Shown: in pieces, positions 27,130 through 36,863 of the stretch | Position numbering within the stretch: the first letter of the stretch is position 1 | Layout: each line of letters begins with the position of its first letter | Assembly (NCBI GenBank): GCA_964613815.1 | Contig: CAZTKG010000003.1 | Location: 54,903 to 118,902, forward strand | Reading direction: 5' to 3' | DNA: 64,000 bases | Origin: an uncultured Gammaproteobacteria bacterium | GTDB lineage: Bacteria > Patescibacteriota > Patescibacteriia > UBA9934 | Made by a program: the position numbers and the translations under genes | The notes under the pieces: generated by a model | Told to the model about the DNA's origin: nothing | The model's input: the letters and a program-made list of their open reading frames with translations, nothing else | The model's database searches: none

Positions 27130-28179
27130 CTAGCCTGTCAGGCCGGCGTCTATTAGGTAGAGGATGAGGCCGAGCGCTGCGGCGATCCAGGAGATGACCC
27201 AGAATCTCATGACGACCTTTGGTTCTGGCCAGCCCTTTGCCTCGAAATGGTGATGAATTGGGGCGACGAGGAAGACTTTTCGTTTCCAGATTTTTCGAGC
27301 GAGGATTTGGATGATGGTCGTGATGGCCTCTATGACGAATACGAGGCCAATGATTGGGAGAAGGAGGGCTGAGTTTGTGAGCATGGCGATAATGCCGAGG
27401 GTGACTCCGAGAGACATGGCACCGGTGTCGCCCATGAAGAATCTTGCTGGGTAGATGTTGAACCAGAGGAATGCGAGAAGGGCTCCCATGATGACGCCGC
27501 AGAGAACGGCGAGGTCGTAGCGCTCTTGGAGGATGCAGATCACGGCGTAGGCGCCGAATGAGGATACGAGCGTACCACCAGCGAGACCGTCTAGGCCGTC
27601 TGTTTGGTTTACGGAGAAGGATGTTCCGACGATGACGGTGATGAAGAGTGGGATGTACCACAGACCGATGTTGTAGGTGCCGATGAATGGAATGTGGAGG
27701 AGGTCCCAGTCTAGTTTGAAGAAAAACCAGAGAGCGCAGGCTACGGCCACTATCAGATAAAGAGCTAGGCGATGACGGATGTCGATACCTCCGCCGTTTT
27801 TGCCGATGCGACGGACGTTGAAGAAGTCGTCAGCGAGGCCGATAATGCCGGCGATGACGAGAGCGCCTAGAGGGAGGAGGACCTGTTCGCGTGAAAGGAA
27901 GTGGAATTGTTCGAAAAATGGGGCGACGTCTTTTAGGAGAGCGAAAATTAGGGCAATGGCTAGCGTTGTTCCCCAGATGAGAACACCACCCATAGTTGGG
28001 GTTCCCGATTTTTTCTCGTGCATTTTGTGGAAAATCGGGGCCTGCTTTTTGGATCTGAGGGATTTGCCGAGCTTGTATTTGTAGAGGATTTTGGTGAGCA
28101 GTGGAGTCCAGAGGATCGCGACCACGAATGAAAGCGTGGTGAGTGCGAGGATTTTGAATTCAATGAAGGGGTCGAGCAT
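27130..28179 (-). CDS. mraY: phospho-N-acetylmuramoyl-pentapeptide transferase MraY
   Basis: GLADDFFN, NQTDGLDGLAGG and PIHHHFE motifs. Confidence 0.9.
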   Translation of the reverse strand: MLDPFIEFKILALTTLSFVVAILWTPLLTKILYKYKLGKSLRSKKQAPIFHKMHEKKSGTPTMGGVLIWGTTLAIALIFALLKDVAPFFEQFHFLSREQVLLPLGALVIAGIIGLADDFFNVRRIGKNGGGIDIRHRLALYLIVAVACALWFFFKLDWDLLHIPFIGTYNIGLWYIPLFITVIVGTSFSVNQTDGLDGLAGGTLVSSFGAYAVICILQERYDLAVLCGVIMGALLAFLWFNIYPARFFMGDTGAMSLGVTLGIIAMLTNSALLLPIIGLVFVIEAITTIIQILARKIWKRKVFLVAPIHHHFEAKGWPEPKVVMRFWVISWIAAALGLILYLIDAGLTG

Positions 28180-28182
28180 AGG

Positions 28183-28566
28183 CTAGATTCCGTATGAGAG
28201 GTTGAGGAGAACGATAAAAACGACAGCAAGGAAAACGAATATTTCGCAGACAGCGGTTGTTGCGAGGAGGAAATATGAGAGGACTTTTTGGCGCTTCCAG
28301 GCGATCGCGGCTCCGACTAGGTTGATGATCATGATGGCGAGGCCGACGACTGGGACGGTGAAGAGCTGCTGCCAGGAGCCGATACGGTCGACGCCGGAGT
28401 GGACGTTGTAATGGAGCGGGACGGTGAATTGGTCCATTGCGCTTGGGAAAAGCTTCCAGTACATGAGCGCGAGGCTTGCGGTGAGGAAGACGCCGGTGAC
28501 GATGAGTGGTGCGATGACGAAGAATCTGGATCCTAGCTGTTTTGATTTTGTTCGCTTTTTGGGCAC
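28183..28566 (-). CDS. small hypothetical membrane protein
   Basis: 127 aa with 3-4 TMs. Co-directional with mraY and 4 nt from it. Confidence 0.4.
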   Translation of the reverse strand: MPKKRTKSKQLGSRFFVIAPLIVTGVFLTASLALMYWKLFPSAMDQFTVPLHYNVHSGVDRIGSWQQLFTVPVVGLAIMIINLVGAAIAWKRQKVLSYFLLATTAVCEIFVFLAVVFIVLLNLSYGI

Positions 28567-28569
28567 AGA

Positions 28570-28866
28570 CTAGTTGTAATATGGATCTTCGCCTTCTTTG
28601 TGATTTGTTGCGTCTATGACGGCGGTGACTTCTGGGACGGCGTCCATGATGAGTGCTTCGATGCCGGCCTTTAGGGTAACGTTTGCCATAGCGCAGCCCT
28701 GACAGCCGCCCGTGAGGCGGATATGGACCTCTCCTGAGTTTTGGTCGACGCTTTTTATTTCCACTCCCCCACCGTGACGTTCTAGGCGCGGCCGAACGCT
28801 CGCTAGAACTTCTTCAATCTTTTCTTTCATACTGCATATAATATCGCGAATCTTTGATGAAATCAA
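28570..28866 (-). CDS. NifU-like (Nfu C-terminal domain) Fe-S cluster protein
   Basis: 98 aa with IRLTGGCQGCAMA (GGCxGC). Confidence 0.7.
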   Translation of the reverse strand: MISSKIRDIICSMKEKIEEVLASVRPRLERHGGGVEIKSVDQNSGEVHIRLTGGCQGCAMANVTLKAGIEALIMDAVPEVTAVIDATNHKEGEDPYYN

Positions 28867-28893
28867 AAATAAAACAGAGCCCTGAGGCCCGTT

Positions 28894-29169
28894 TTATTTT
28901 ACGATCTTTACGAACGTTCGCTTTTTGAGTGCTCCGTGGAAGTTTCGGACGCGTTTTTTGTAGAAATTTACGACTCCCTCGACTGCCGCGTAGAGCGTGT
29001 CGTCGTTGCCGCGTTTGACGTTTTCCCCTGGGTGGTACTTGGTTCCTCGCTGACGAATGAGGATTTGACCAGGTTTTACAAATTGACCGTGAGCCTTTTT
29101 GAGGCCAAGGCGTTGCGCTTGGGAATCACGGTTATTACTTGTACTTCCTTGGGCTTTTTTATGTGCCAT
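28894..29169 (-). CDS. rpmA: 50S ribosomal protein L27
   Basis: [24 protein letters not shown]...[14 protein letters not shown]. Confidence 0.85.
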   Translation of the reverse strand: MAHKKAQGSTSNNRDSQAQRLGLKKAHGQFVKPGQILIRQRGTKYHPGENVKRGNDDTLYAAVEGVVNFYKKRVRNFHGALKKRTFVKIVK

Positions 29170-29244
29170 AGGGGGTTAAATAGTGACTGATGGGGAGAGA
29201 TGATTTGCCAGAATGTTACTGTTTGTTGGGATTTTTGTCAAGTG

Positions 29245-30879
29245 TTATGACTTACTCCCTCCAGCTGCTTTGATGAATCCTGTGAAGAGCGGATGCGGGG
29301 AGAGTGGTCGGGATTGGAATTCTGGGTGGAATTGGACGCCGACGAAGAATGGGTGGTCTTTTACTTCGACGATCTCTACGAGGTCTTGGTCTGGGTTTAC
29401 TCCGGCGATTTGGAGGCCGGCTTTTTCGATTTCTTCTCGGAACTTGTTGTTCATTTCGTAACGATGGCGGTGACGTTCTGAGATTATCTCTTCGCCGTAT
29501 ACCTCTCGTGAAAGCGAACCCTCTGCCAACTTGCAGTCGTAGGAGCCTAGGCGCATCGTGCCGCCGAAGTTTTCTTTTGCGAGTTTCTTTTTCTGATCTT
29601 CCATGATGTCAATGACTGGATGCTTTGTTTTTTCGTCAATCTCAGCCGTGTGCGCATCTTTCCAGCCGACGATGGTGCGCGCGTATTCGATGACGGCGCA
29701 CTGCATGCCGTAGCAAATGCCGAAGTAGGGGATCTTGTTTTCTCGGACGTATTTAATCACATCGATCTTGCCCTCGATCCCGCGTGAGCCGAAGCCTCCT
29801 GGGATGAGGATGCCGTCGTAATTTGATATTTCCTTTAATTTTTCTGGGTGCTTCTCGTACTCTTCGGAGTTGAGCCAGTCGATTTCTGTTTTGATTTCTA
29901 GATGGGCACCTGCGTGCTTGATGGCCTCTAGAACGGAAATGTAGGCATCTGATAGTGTGAAGTCTCCTGTGGAGAAATACTTTCCGACCACGCCGATTTT
30001 GACCGTCTTTTTGGCTGACTTGATTTTGTCTGTGAATGCCTTCCATTCCTTCAGATCTGCCTTCTTTGGTTTTAGGCCGAATTCTTTGAGGACCTTATCG
30101 CCAAAGCCTTGCGCTTCGAACATCTCTGGGATGTGGTAGATAGACTCTGCGTCTGCGGCGCTGATGATATTTCCCGGGGGGACGGAGCAGAAGCGTGCGA
30201 TCTTTTCTTTTCTTGGCTCATCCATCTCTACGGTAGAGCGGCCGATGACGAAGTTTGGCTGGATTCCTGTTGCGTTCAGGGTTCTGACAGCGTATTGCGT
30301 TGGCTTTGTTTTCATCTCGCCGATGGATGGCGGGACAGGGAGATAGCTGACGAGAGCGAATTTGACGGCATCAGGATTCTCTACCTGCATCATTCTTGCC
30401 GCCTCTAGAAAGAGGACGTTTTGGTATTCGCCGACTGTGCCTCCGACTTCGATGATGGTGATGTCGGCGTCTGCTAGTTCTGATGCCGCTTTGATGCGTC
30501 GGATGACTTCTTCTGGGACATGTGGGACGACCTCTACGCATTTTCCTTTGTAGGCAAGGTTTCGCTCGGCCTCGATGACGGATTGGTAGACACGACCGGT
30601 GGTCATGTAGTTCACGCGGGTGATTTCTGTTTCGATGTAGCGTTCGTAGGTTCCGATGTCTTGATCGGTCTCGTCGCCATCTACGGTAACGAAAACTTCG
30701 CCATGTTCGACGGGGTTCATCGTGCCCGCGTCAACGTTGACGTAAGGGTCGATTTTGATTGCCGTGAGTTTGTAGCCTTTTGCTTTTAGGGTGAGCGCTA
30801 AGGATGCGGTTGAAGTTCCTTTTCCGACGCCGCTCATGACGCCTCCAACAACAAAAAGATACCGTCTCTGCATAGACAA
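29245..30879 (-). CDS. pyrG: CTP synthase
   Basis: N-terminal VVGGVMSGVGKG. GATase domain GICYGMQ and HPEF. Confidence 0.9.
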   Translation of the reverse strand: MSMQRRYLFVVGGVMSGVGKGTSTASLALTLKAKGYKLTAIKIDPYVNVDAGTMNPVEHGEVFVTVDGDETDQDIGTYERYIETEITRVNYMTTGRVYQSVIEAERNLAYKGKCVEVVPHVPEEVIRRIKAASELADADITIIEVGGTVGEYQNVLFLEAARMMQVENPDAVKFALVSYLPVPPSIGEMKTKPTQYAVRTLNATGIQPNFVIGRSTVEMDEPRKEKIARFCSVPPGNIISAADAESIYHIPEMFEAQGFGDKVLKEFGLKPKKADLKEWKAFTDKIKSAKKTVKIGVVGKYFSTGDFTLSDAYISVLEAIKHAGAHLEIKTEIDWLNSEEYEKHPEKLKEISNYDGILIPGGFGSRGIEGKIDVIKYVRENKIPYFGICYGMQCAVIEYARTIVGWKDAHTAEIDEKTKHPVIDIMEDQKKKLAKENFGGTMRLGSYDCKLAEGSLSREVYGEEIISERHRHRYEMNNKFREEIEKAGLQIAGVNPDQDLVEIVEVKDHPFFVGVQFHPEFQSRPLSPHPLFTGFIKAAGGSKS

Positions 30880-30884
30880 GGTGA

Positions 30885-31322
30885 TTATTTGGACTCTACG
30901 ACGACCGTGATGGTGACGTCGAATCCTGAGGGGAGATTAATTGTGACTTCTTGTGAGCCCGTTTCTTTCGTTGGCTCGAATTTGATCCATTCTGGCTTCA
31001 CTTTGTGACCCAGAGACTTGAGCGCTCCTGCGACATCTTTTGGTCCAACTGCTGCAAATAGCTTACCGCCATCTGCTTTTCCTGTGATAACTACCTCTTC
31101 CCCGTCTATTTTTGAGACGAGTTTTTTCATCTGCTTTTCTTCGCGTTTCTGCGCAGCGCTCGCTGCTTTGATTTTTTGATCTCGTTCGCGTAATGCCTCG
31201 CCACTTGCCTCTACTGCTACGTGCTGCGGGAATAGAAAATTTCTTGCGTAGCCTTCACTCACCTCTACCACCTCCCCTTTTAGTCCTAATGACTTTACGT
31301 TTTCTAGCAGTATGACCTTCAT
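30885..31322 (-). CDS. rplI: 50S ribosomal protein L9
   Basis: [33 protein letters not shown]. Confidence 0.85.
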   Translation of the reverse strand: MKVILLENVKSLGLKGEVVEVSEGYARNFLFPQHVAVEASGEALRERDQKIKAASAAQKREEKQMKKLVSKIDGEEVVITGKADGGKLFAAVGPKDVAGALKSLGHKVKPEWIKFEPTKETGSQEVTINLPSGFDVTITVVVESK

Positions 31323-31324
31323 AT

Positions 31325-31786
31325 TTATCGTTTCTTTTGATTTGCCTCCGCTATTTTTTTTGCTTTATGTGTGATAGACCTCATGTCTTTGTATCCAGAT
31401 CTCCGCGTGACGTCTTCAATTGGCACCCACGCCACGTCCTTGATTCCCTCTTTTTTCTGGGCAGCAGTTCCGCGCTTTAACCTTGAGCCGCGAGGCGCCT
31501 CGAATAGATAGTAGTGGATAAATTTGTGGACCCTCTGCCCTTTGTGGACATACCGGTCCTTGAACCAAATATCTATTGATCCCAGCCTAGCAATGAATCT
31601 GAGGTTTTTCAATCCAACTTCTTCTCTGAGCTCTCTGCGGGCCGCGTCCTTGTAGCGCTCCTCGATACGATTTCTGACATGTCCTTTTGGAAATGTCCAG
31701 ACGCCGAAAGGATCTTTAATCATGGCAAAATGGAGTGATCCATCTGCTGCTTTACGATACACCAAGCCTCCAGCGGATACTTCGGT
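31325..31786 (-). CDS. NUDIX hydrolase
   Basis: Nudix box [25 protein letters not shown]. The ORF is open back to 31918, but that would overlap the upstream gene by 125 nt. I placed the start at the GTG just downstream of the S41 gene stop. The start remains uncertain. Confidence 0.55.
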   Translation of the reverse strand, partial: TEVSAGGLVYRKAADGSLHFAMIKDPFGVWTFPKGHVRNRIEERYKDAARRELREEVGLKNLRFIARLGSIDIWFKDRYVHKGQRVHKFIHYYLFEAPRGSRLKRGTAAQKKEGIKDVAWVPIEDVTRRSGYKDMRSITHKAKKIAEANQKKR

Positions 31787-31793
31787 GCGGTGC

Positions 31794-33014
31794 TTACTCC
31801 CCTTTGATGAGGGAGATCGCTTTGTCGAATTGTGGCGTCGCTTCAGCATAGAAGTCTTCGCTAGTGTACTCGACGATGATATCTGGCGTAATGCCAATTT
31901 CGTTAATACTGGATCCATTCGGCGTCAGCCACTCCGCTACAGTGATCTTGACGGCTGACCCATCTGGTAGCTCATAGTATTCCTGAACTGAGCCCTTTCC
32001 GAATGTCTGCTCTCCGATGATTGTGGCGTACCCGTAGTCTTGCAGTGCTCCTGCGAGAATCTCTGATCCTGATGCTGAACCTCCATTTACGAGCACTACG
32101 GTTTTGATTCCATTCAGCTGAGCCACTCCGGAGGAGGCGAACTCTCGCTCCGCCTCTTGTACGCGCTCGATAACAACCGTACTGCCATTTACCCAGAATC
32201 CCGCTAGATTAATTGCCTCTGTGAGCAAGCCGCCTGGGTTATTGCGGAGATCTAACACGATTCCTTTCACGTCGGATGTGAGTACTTCCTGTACCGCAGA
32301 CTGAAAGAGGTCTGTTGTATCGTCATTGAACATACTCACGGAAATGACGGCGATTCCGTCGTCTTGTATCTCCCAATTCACACTATCTACTTTGATTTCT
32401 GATCTGACGATTGAGATTTCTAGAAGCTCTTCCTCGCCCTCTCTTAGGATCGTGAGAACAACCTCCGTTCCTTCTTCACCCCTGATTTGAAAGACTGCTT
32501 CGTTGACGGAAATCCCGAATGCATCGTTGCCGTCGATCTCGAGTACTCTATCGCCCGGCATTACGCCTGCCAAGTCGGATGGCGAGCCTTCGAGCGGTGC
32601 GACGATGGTGACGTACTCATCTTTACTCGCAATCTCCGCTCCTATCCCAAAAAATGTTCCCTCAAGCTCTGCATTGAATGCTGCGGCTACCTCTGGGTCG
32701 AAGTATGTGGAGTATGGATCGTCTAGTCCGCCGAGGAGCCCTTCTAGCGCTCCGTAATAAAGGTCCTGCTCGGATACTGGTTGGTCTATATAGCTGTCTT
32801 TGACAAGGTCCCATATCTCCCAAAATCCACTGAAATCTATGTCTTCAGCTCCCGATTCGTCGCCTTGGTGTAATACTCTTGCCTCCCCCTCTGGGATCAC
32901 CGATCTTGCGCCAGAGACCTCTCCAAGGATGTATCCTCCGTAGAAAAGCGCGACACCGATCGTGAGGCCGGCGAGCAGGTATGAGAATGATGGAATTCTG
33001 GGATTTGATTTCAT
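31794..33014 (-). CDS. S41 C-terminal processing (tail-specific) peptidase, CtpA-like
   Basis: N-terminal TM, a PDZ region and LVNGGSASGSEILAGALQDYGYATIIGEQTFGKGSVQ. Confidence 0.8.
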   Translation of the reverse strand: MKSNPRIPSFSYLLAGLTIGVALFYGGYILGEVSGARSVIPEGEARVLHQGDESGAEDIDFSGFWEIWDLVKDSYIDQPVSEQDLYYGALEGLLGGLDDPYSTYFDPEVAAAFNAELEGTFFGIGAEIASKDEYVTIVAPLEGSPSDLAGVMPGDRVLEIDGNDAFGISVNEAVFQIRGEEGTEVVLTILREGEEELLEISIVRSEIKVDSVNWEIQDDGIAVISVSMFNDDTTDLFQSAVQEVLTSDVKGIVLDLRNNPGGLLTEAINLAGFWVNGSTVVIERVQEAEREFASSGVAQLNGIKTVVLVNGGSASGSEILAGALQDYGYATIIGEQTFGKGSVQEYYELPDGSAVKITVAEWLTPNGSSINEIGITPDIIVEYTSEDFYAEATPQFDKAISLIKGE

Positions 33015-33092
33015 AAATCATGGGTATTTTATCACATGAATGACCTGGCTCCAACTTGCTTGTCGCGCACCCCAATTGATATGATATAGACT

Positions 33093-34421
33093 ATGAAAAG
33101 CCGCAGTGTTAGACGGATCGTTTTTTTCGTATTTATTCTTGTTTTTGCGATCGGCGCCCCTGCATCCGTATTGTATACGGCTGGTTTTCGATATGACTTC
33201 TCAAGCAGCTCCCTTGTTCGTACAGGGTCTCTTTTTGTTCAATCTATTCCGCGGAATGCCGACATCTCACTGAACGGCGAACGCATTCAAAAGAAAACCC
33301 CCTTTACCTTTAAGCATCTTGTGCCGGGGACATACGACATCGAACTCACTAAAGATGACCACCATAGCTGGACGTCATCTCTTGAGATTAAGAGCTCTGA
33401 AACAACGTATGCAGACGATGTTCTTCTGTTTACGAACGCACAGACCGCGCCTTCGCCCCATGCAAACGTTCGATCTGCATCCCCGTCCCCCCAGGGGTCC
33501 TTCTTTGTTGCCATTGAAGAGCATGAAGGGTGGCGTGAGATTTGGCTTACCAGCAATGCCGATATGAGTCGCGTCATGGTTGGCCGTCATCTTTCACACC
33601 TTCAGGCTACTGATATCGTCTGGTCTGCTGATGGTCGTCATTTTGGACATATCTCTAATGGATCGGCCTATGCCTGGGACCGAGATGGAGCGCAGACAGC
33701 TTTTATTGACGACACCTCCTATGACTCTTTCTCTTGGCACCCGTTTGCATCCGAGACTTTTCTCCTGACCTCTGCTGAACACACCCTTGGCTTTGATGCT
33801 TCTGGAAATACCGTTGACCTTTCCATGGATGGCTCCATTGACCTTGATGCGAGTTCCCTTCTCTTTGTTGATGCAGATATCTATACCGAGCTTCGAATGA
33901 CGACCGGTGAGAAGACAGAAGTGATCGCTCTCCTTCCTCGTGGGGAGTATACGTTTTCTGAGCGAGATGAATCGTATTTGATTTTGACGAACACCCTTCA
34001 CCAGCTCTACCTGTTAGATCTTGATTCTGCTCAGCCTATTCTTCTTGAAACGCGCGCGATTGATTTTGACTGGGATCCCCGCCTTCACCGCCTTGCCTAT
34101 ACCGATGGACTTGAGCTGAATGTATATGATGCTAATAGTCATCATACGGAGTTTTTAACGCGTCAGAGTGCACCGATCACCGCAACTTCCTGGCACCCCT
34201 CTGGCTTTGCCGTTTTGTACGGGACCGCTACCAATGTTCGCGCCATGCTTTACAATCGACATGGAGCTTCTCGTCAGGTTACCCAACTTTTGGATGCGAA
34301 TATTGACCAATTCTGGCTGAGTGAAGATGGGCAATATTTGATGACCTTGAACATAAATGACACCATTTATCGACAACAGATCGCTCAGAACGGGCTTCTT
34401 CAATTAATTACGCTAAAATAG
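33093..34421 (+). CDS. PEGA-domain protein with C-terminal beta-propeller-like domain
   Basis: N-terminal TM. PEGA-like SIPRNADISLNGERIQKKTPFTFKHLVPGTYDIELTKDDHHSW. The C-terminus has repeated SWHP/TSWHP blades. Confidence 0.55.
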   Translation: MKSRSVRRIVFFVFILVFAIGAPASVLYTAGFRYDFSSSSLVRTGSLFVQSIPRNADISLNGERIQKKTPFTFKHLVPGTYDIELTKDDHHSWTSSLEIKSSETTYADDVLLFTNAQTAPSPHANVRSASPSPQGSFFVAIEEHEGWREIWLTSNADMSRVMVGRHLSHLQATDIVWSADGRHFGHISNGSAYAWDRDGAQTAFIDDTSYDSFSWHPFASETFLLTSAEHTLGFDASGNTVDLSMDGSIDLDASSLLFVDADIYTELRMTTGEKTEVIALLPRGEYTFSERDESYLILTNTLHQLYLLDLDSAQPILLETRAIDFDWDPRLHRLAYTDGLELNVYDANSHHTEFLTRQSAPITATSWHPSGFAVLYGTATNVRAMLYNRHGASRQVTQLLDANIDQFWLSEDGQYLMTLNINDTIYRQQIAQNGLLQLITLK

Positions 34422-35273
34422 CGGCTCTACACGTGTGAGAAATTCTTTGAGTGCCTCCTGCCTTGTGCGGAGAGGCGCTGTTTTTGTATTGAGGAGCCTG
34501 GCGTATTTTGGACGCTTTGCCGGGCGCGGGAACTCTGTTGCCGGGACTGGCCTATACGGCGTTGTCACTCCATGGAGGTTAAAAATTTCTTTCGCGAAAT
34601 CATAAGGTGTGACTCCCCCTCCCTCGTTGATAAGGTGATAAATTCCTGGCTTCGCTTCTGCAATGAGATTTGCCGTGGCCTTTGCGATGTCTACGGTGTA
34701 GCTTGGGCAACCGACCTCTTCGTTGACAATCTTTAGTTCTGGAAGCTCTTTCGCGAGGCGAATCATGAGTTGCACGAAACTTTCTTTGGCTCCTGCTGAT
34801 TTCGCTGGTTCGCCGAAAATTTTTGAAAGACGGCAAATGAACCAGCAGCCACCGATGCTGCGCACATTGAGTTCGCCGTTGTATTTTGTTTGTCCGTAAA
34901 GTGAAATTGGGTTTGGGATGTCTGACTCTTCGTAGCCACCAATGGCGTTTCCTTCGAAAACATAGTCGGTACTGTAATGAACGAATGTGGCGCCGACGCG
35001 CTTCGCTGCTTTTGCAAGATAGCCTGGGCCAAGGGCGTTGATTGCGTATGCGAGAGGATACACTTCTGGCTCTTCGATTTTGTCGACGAGGTTGTAGGCT
35101 GCGGCGTTTATGATGAGGTCGGGCTGATGCTCATTGATGTAGCGGTCTACGGCTGCGGCGCTTGTGATGTCTAGCTCGTCACGGTCGGTGAGGATGAGTT
35201 CGCTCCTGTCTTGGAAAACGCGTGCGAGATCTTGTCCAAGCATGCCTTTTGCGCCTGTGATGAGAGTCTTCAT
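34413..35273 (-). CDS. rmlD: dTDP-4-dehydrorhamnose reductase
   Basis: MKTLITGAKGMLGQDL. The start is 2 nt after the rmlC stop. The longer ORF start at 35294 was rejected. Confidence 0.8.
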   Translation of the reverse strand: MKTLITGAKGMLGQDLARVFQDRSELILTDRDELDITSAAAVDRYINEHQPDLIINAAAYNLVDKIEEPEVYPLAYAINALGPGYLAKAAKRVGATFVHYSTDYVFEGNAIGGYEESDIPNPISLYGQTKYNGELNVRSIGGCWFICRLSKIFGEPAKSAGAKESFVQLMIRLAKELPELKIVNEEVGCPSYTVDIAKATANLIAEAKPGIYHLINEGGGVTPYDFAKEIFNLHGVTTPYRPVPATEFPRPAKRPKYARLLNTKTAPLRTRQEALKEFLTRVEPLF

Positions 35274-35274
35274 A

Positions 35275-35820
35275 TTAGAAAAGGCTGCGTGCATCTTGTA
35301 CTCGCGGAAGTTTTTGATCTTTTTCTGATAGGATCGGAGCTTTTCCGTCTAATGGCCAGCTGATGCCGATTTCTGGATCATTCCAGGCGACGCCGTTGTC
35401 TAGACTTGGGTCGAAGGTTTCTGAGATTTGGTATTGCAACTCACATTCTGTGAAGGCGTAGAATCCGTGACCGAATCCGGCAGGGACGTAAAGCATTTGC
35501 TTGTTTTCTTCGCTGAGTTCGATGCCGAACCACTGCATAAATGTTGGCGACTGTTTTCTGAGGTCAACCGCGACATCCCAAAGTCGACCGCGCGTGCAGC
35601 GGACGAGTTTTGCCATTGGGCGGGGGGATTCTTGGAAATGGATGCCTCTTAGTGCACCTGCCGCGGATTTTGAATGGCAGGACTGCTTTGGGACGAATAT
35701 GATCCCGAGGTCTGCGAGTTTTTTGATATTGAAGGATTCGTAAAGCCAGCCGCGGCTGTCGCCGTAGACTTCTGGGATGATAATCCAGAGATCTTGGATT
35801 GGTGTGGGGAGCTTTCTCAT
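35275..35820 (-). CDS. rmlC: dTDP-4-dehydrorhamnose 3,5-epimerase
   Basis: Cupin fold with SRGWLYESFN, GIHFQ and VPAGFGHGF. The start at MRKLPT abuts the rmlB stop. The ORF as listed extends further upstream. Confidence 0.8.
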   Translation of the reverse strand: MRKLPTPIQDLWIIIPEVYGDSRGWLYESFNIKKLADLGIIFVPKQSCHSKSAAGALRGIHFQESPRPMAKLVRCTRGRLWDVAVDLRKQSPTFMQWFGIELSEENKQMLYVPAGFGHGFYAFTECELQYQISETFDPSLDNGVAWNDPEIGISWPLDGKAPILSEKDQKLPRVQDARSLF

Positions 35821-36839
35821 AGTTCCGGTTTTGATGCCTGCTCGAACTGTTGCTTGTACCACCCTCGATAGCTTGCGCTTTCGCGGATTGGGCGCCACCA
35901 TGACTCGTTGTCGCGGAACCATTTAACCATGTGCGCGAGGCCACTTTCGAATGAATACTGTGGCTGCCATCCGATTGATTGGATTGTATGCGAGCTATCG
36001 ATCGCGTAGCGACGGTCTTGCCCTGGGCGGTCGGAGATGAATTTGATCATGTGCTCGCCGACGCCCATCACGCGGACGAGCGCCTTTGCGGTGTCATGGA
36101 TGTTCATTTCTGTGTCGCCTCCCATCATGTAGGTTTCGCCGATTTCGCCGCGTTCGATGATCGCGAGAATACCCTTGCAGTGGTCTTCTGCATGAATCCA
36201 GTCTCGAATTTGGCGACCGTCTCCATGGATATGGACTGGCATTCCTTGGAGGATGTTTGTAATGGCGATGGAGAGGAACTTCTCTGGATAAAGATAGGGG
36301 CCGTAGTTGTTTGTGCAGTTTGAGATGGTTGCCCCGAGGTCGTGCGTGTGGACGGCTGCTCGGATGATGTGGTCGGATGCCGCCTTTGTCGCACTGTAGG
36401 GGTTTTTGGGGTCGTAAGGGGTATGTTTGGAAAATTTGGGGTCTTCTGGTCCGAGAGAGCCGAAGACTTCGTCGGTGCTGACGTGGTGGAAGCGCTTTTG
36501 ATGCCTTGCACAGGCGTCTGCGAGGCGTTGGACGCCGAGGATGTTTGTGAGGATGAATGGCTCGTTGTCGATAATGGATCGGTCGACGTGGGTTTCTGCG
36601 GCGAAGTTGATGACCGCATCTGATTCTGCGACGAGCTTTTCGACAATTTCTTTGTTTGTGATGGAGCCGTAGATGAATTTGTATTTGGGGTGCGTTTGGA
36701 TGTCGAGGGTATTCGTGAGGCTTCCGGCGTATGTGAGAGCGTCAAGATTGAGAACCTCCCAGTCGGGACGCTCTTTGAAAATGGTTCGAATAAAGTGAGA
36801 CCCGATGAAGCCGCAGCCACCTGTTACAAGCAATTTCAT
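35817..36839 (-). CDS. rmlB: dTDP-glucose 4,6-dehydratase
   Basis: MKLLVTGGCGFIGSHF with the YxxxK SDR core. Full-length RmlB-like. Confidence 0.9.
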   Translation of the reverse strand: MKLLVTGGCGFIGSHFIRTIFKERPDWEVLNLDALTYAGSLTNTLDIQTHPKYKFIYGSITNKEIVEKLVAESDAVINFAAETHVDRSIIDNEPFILTNILGVQRLADACARHQKRFHHVSTDEVFGSLGPEDPKFSKHTPYDPKNPYSATKAASDHIIRAAVHTHDLGATISNCTNNYGPYLYPEKFLSIAITNILQGMPVHIHGDGRQIRDWIHAEDHCKGILAIIERGEIGETYMMGGDTEMNIHDTAKALVRVMGVGEHMIKFISDRPGQDRRYAIDSSHTIQSIGWQPQYSFESGLAHMVKWFRDNESWWRPIRESASYRGWYKQQFEQASKPEL

Positions 36840-36863
36840 ACAGGTCTAACCTTACGATTCTCT

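Noticed and set aside
34413-35922. Longer annotated starts for rmlD (35294) and rmlC (35922).
   Set aside because: They would create 20-nt and 105-nt overlaps with the upstream genes. The internal Mets at 35273 and 35820 give proteins that begin at the conserved N-termini (MKTLITGAKG; MRKLPTPIQDLWII) and abut the upstream stops.
36125-36820. ORF 36125..36820 (-, 231 aa, Ser/Thr/Pro-rich) and ORF 12448..13053 (+, 201 aa).
   Set aside because: They are out-of-frame or antisense readings inside rmlB and the P-type ATPase gene respectively, both of which are confidently identified by motifs.
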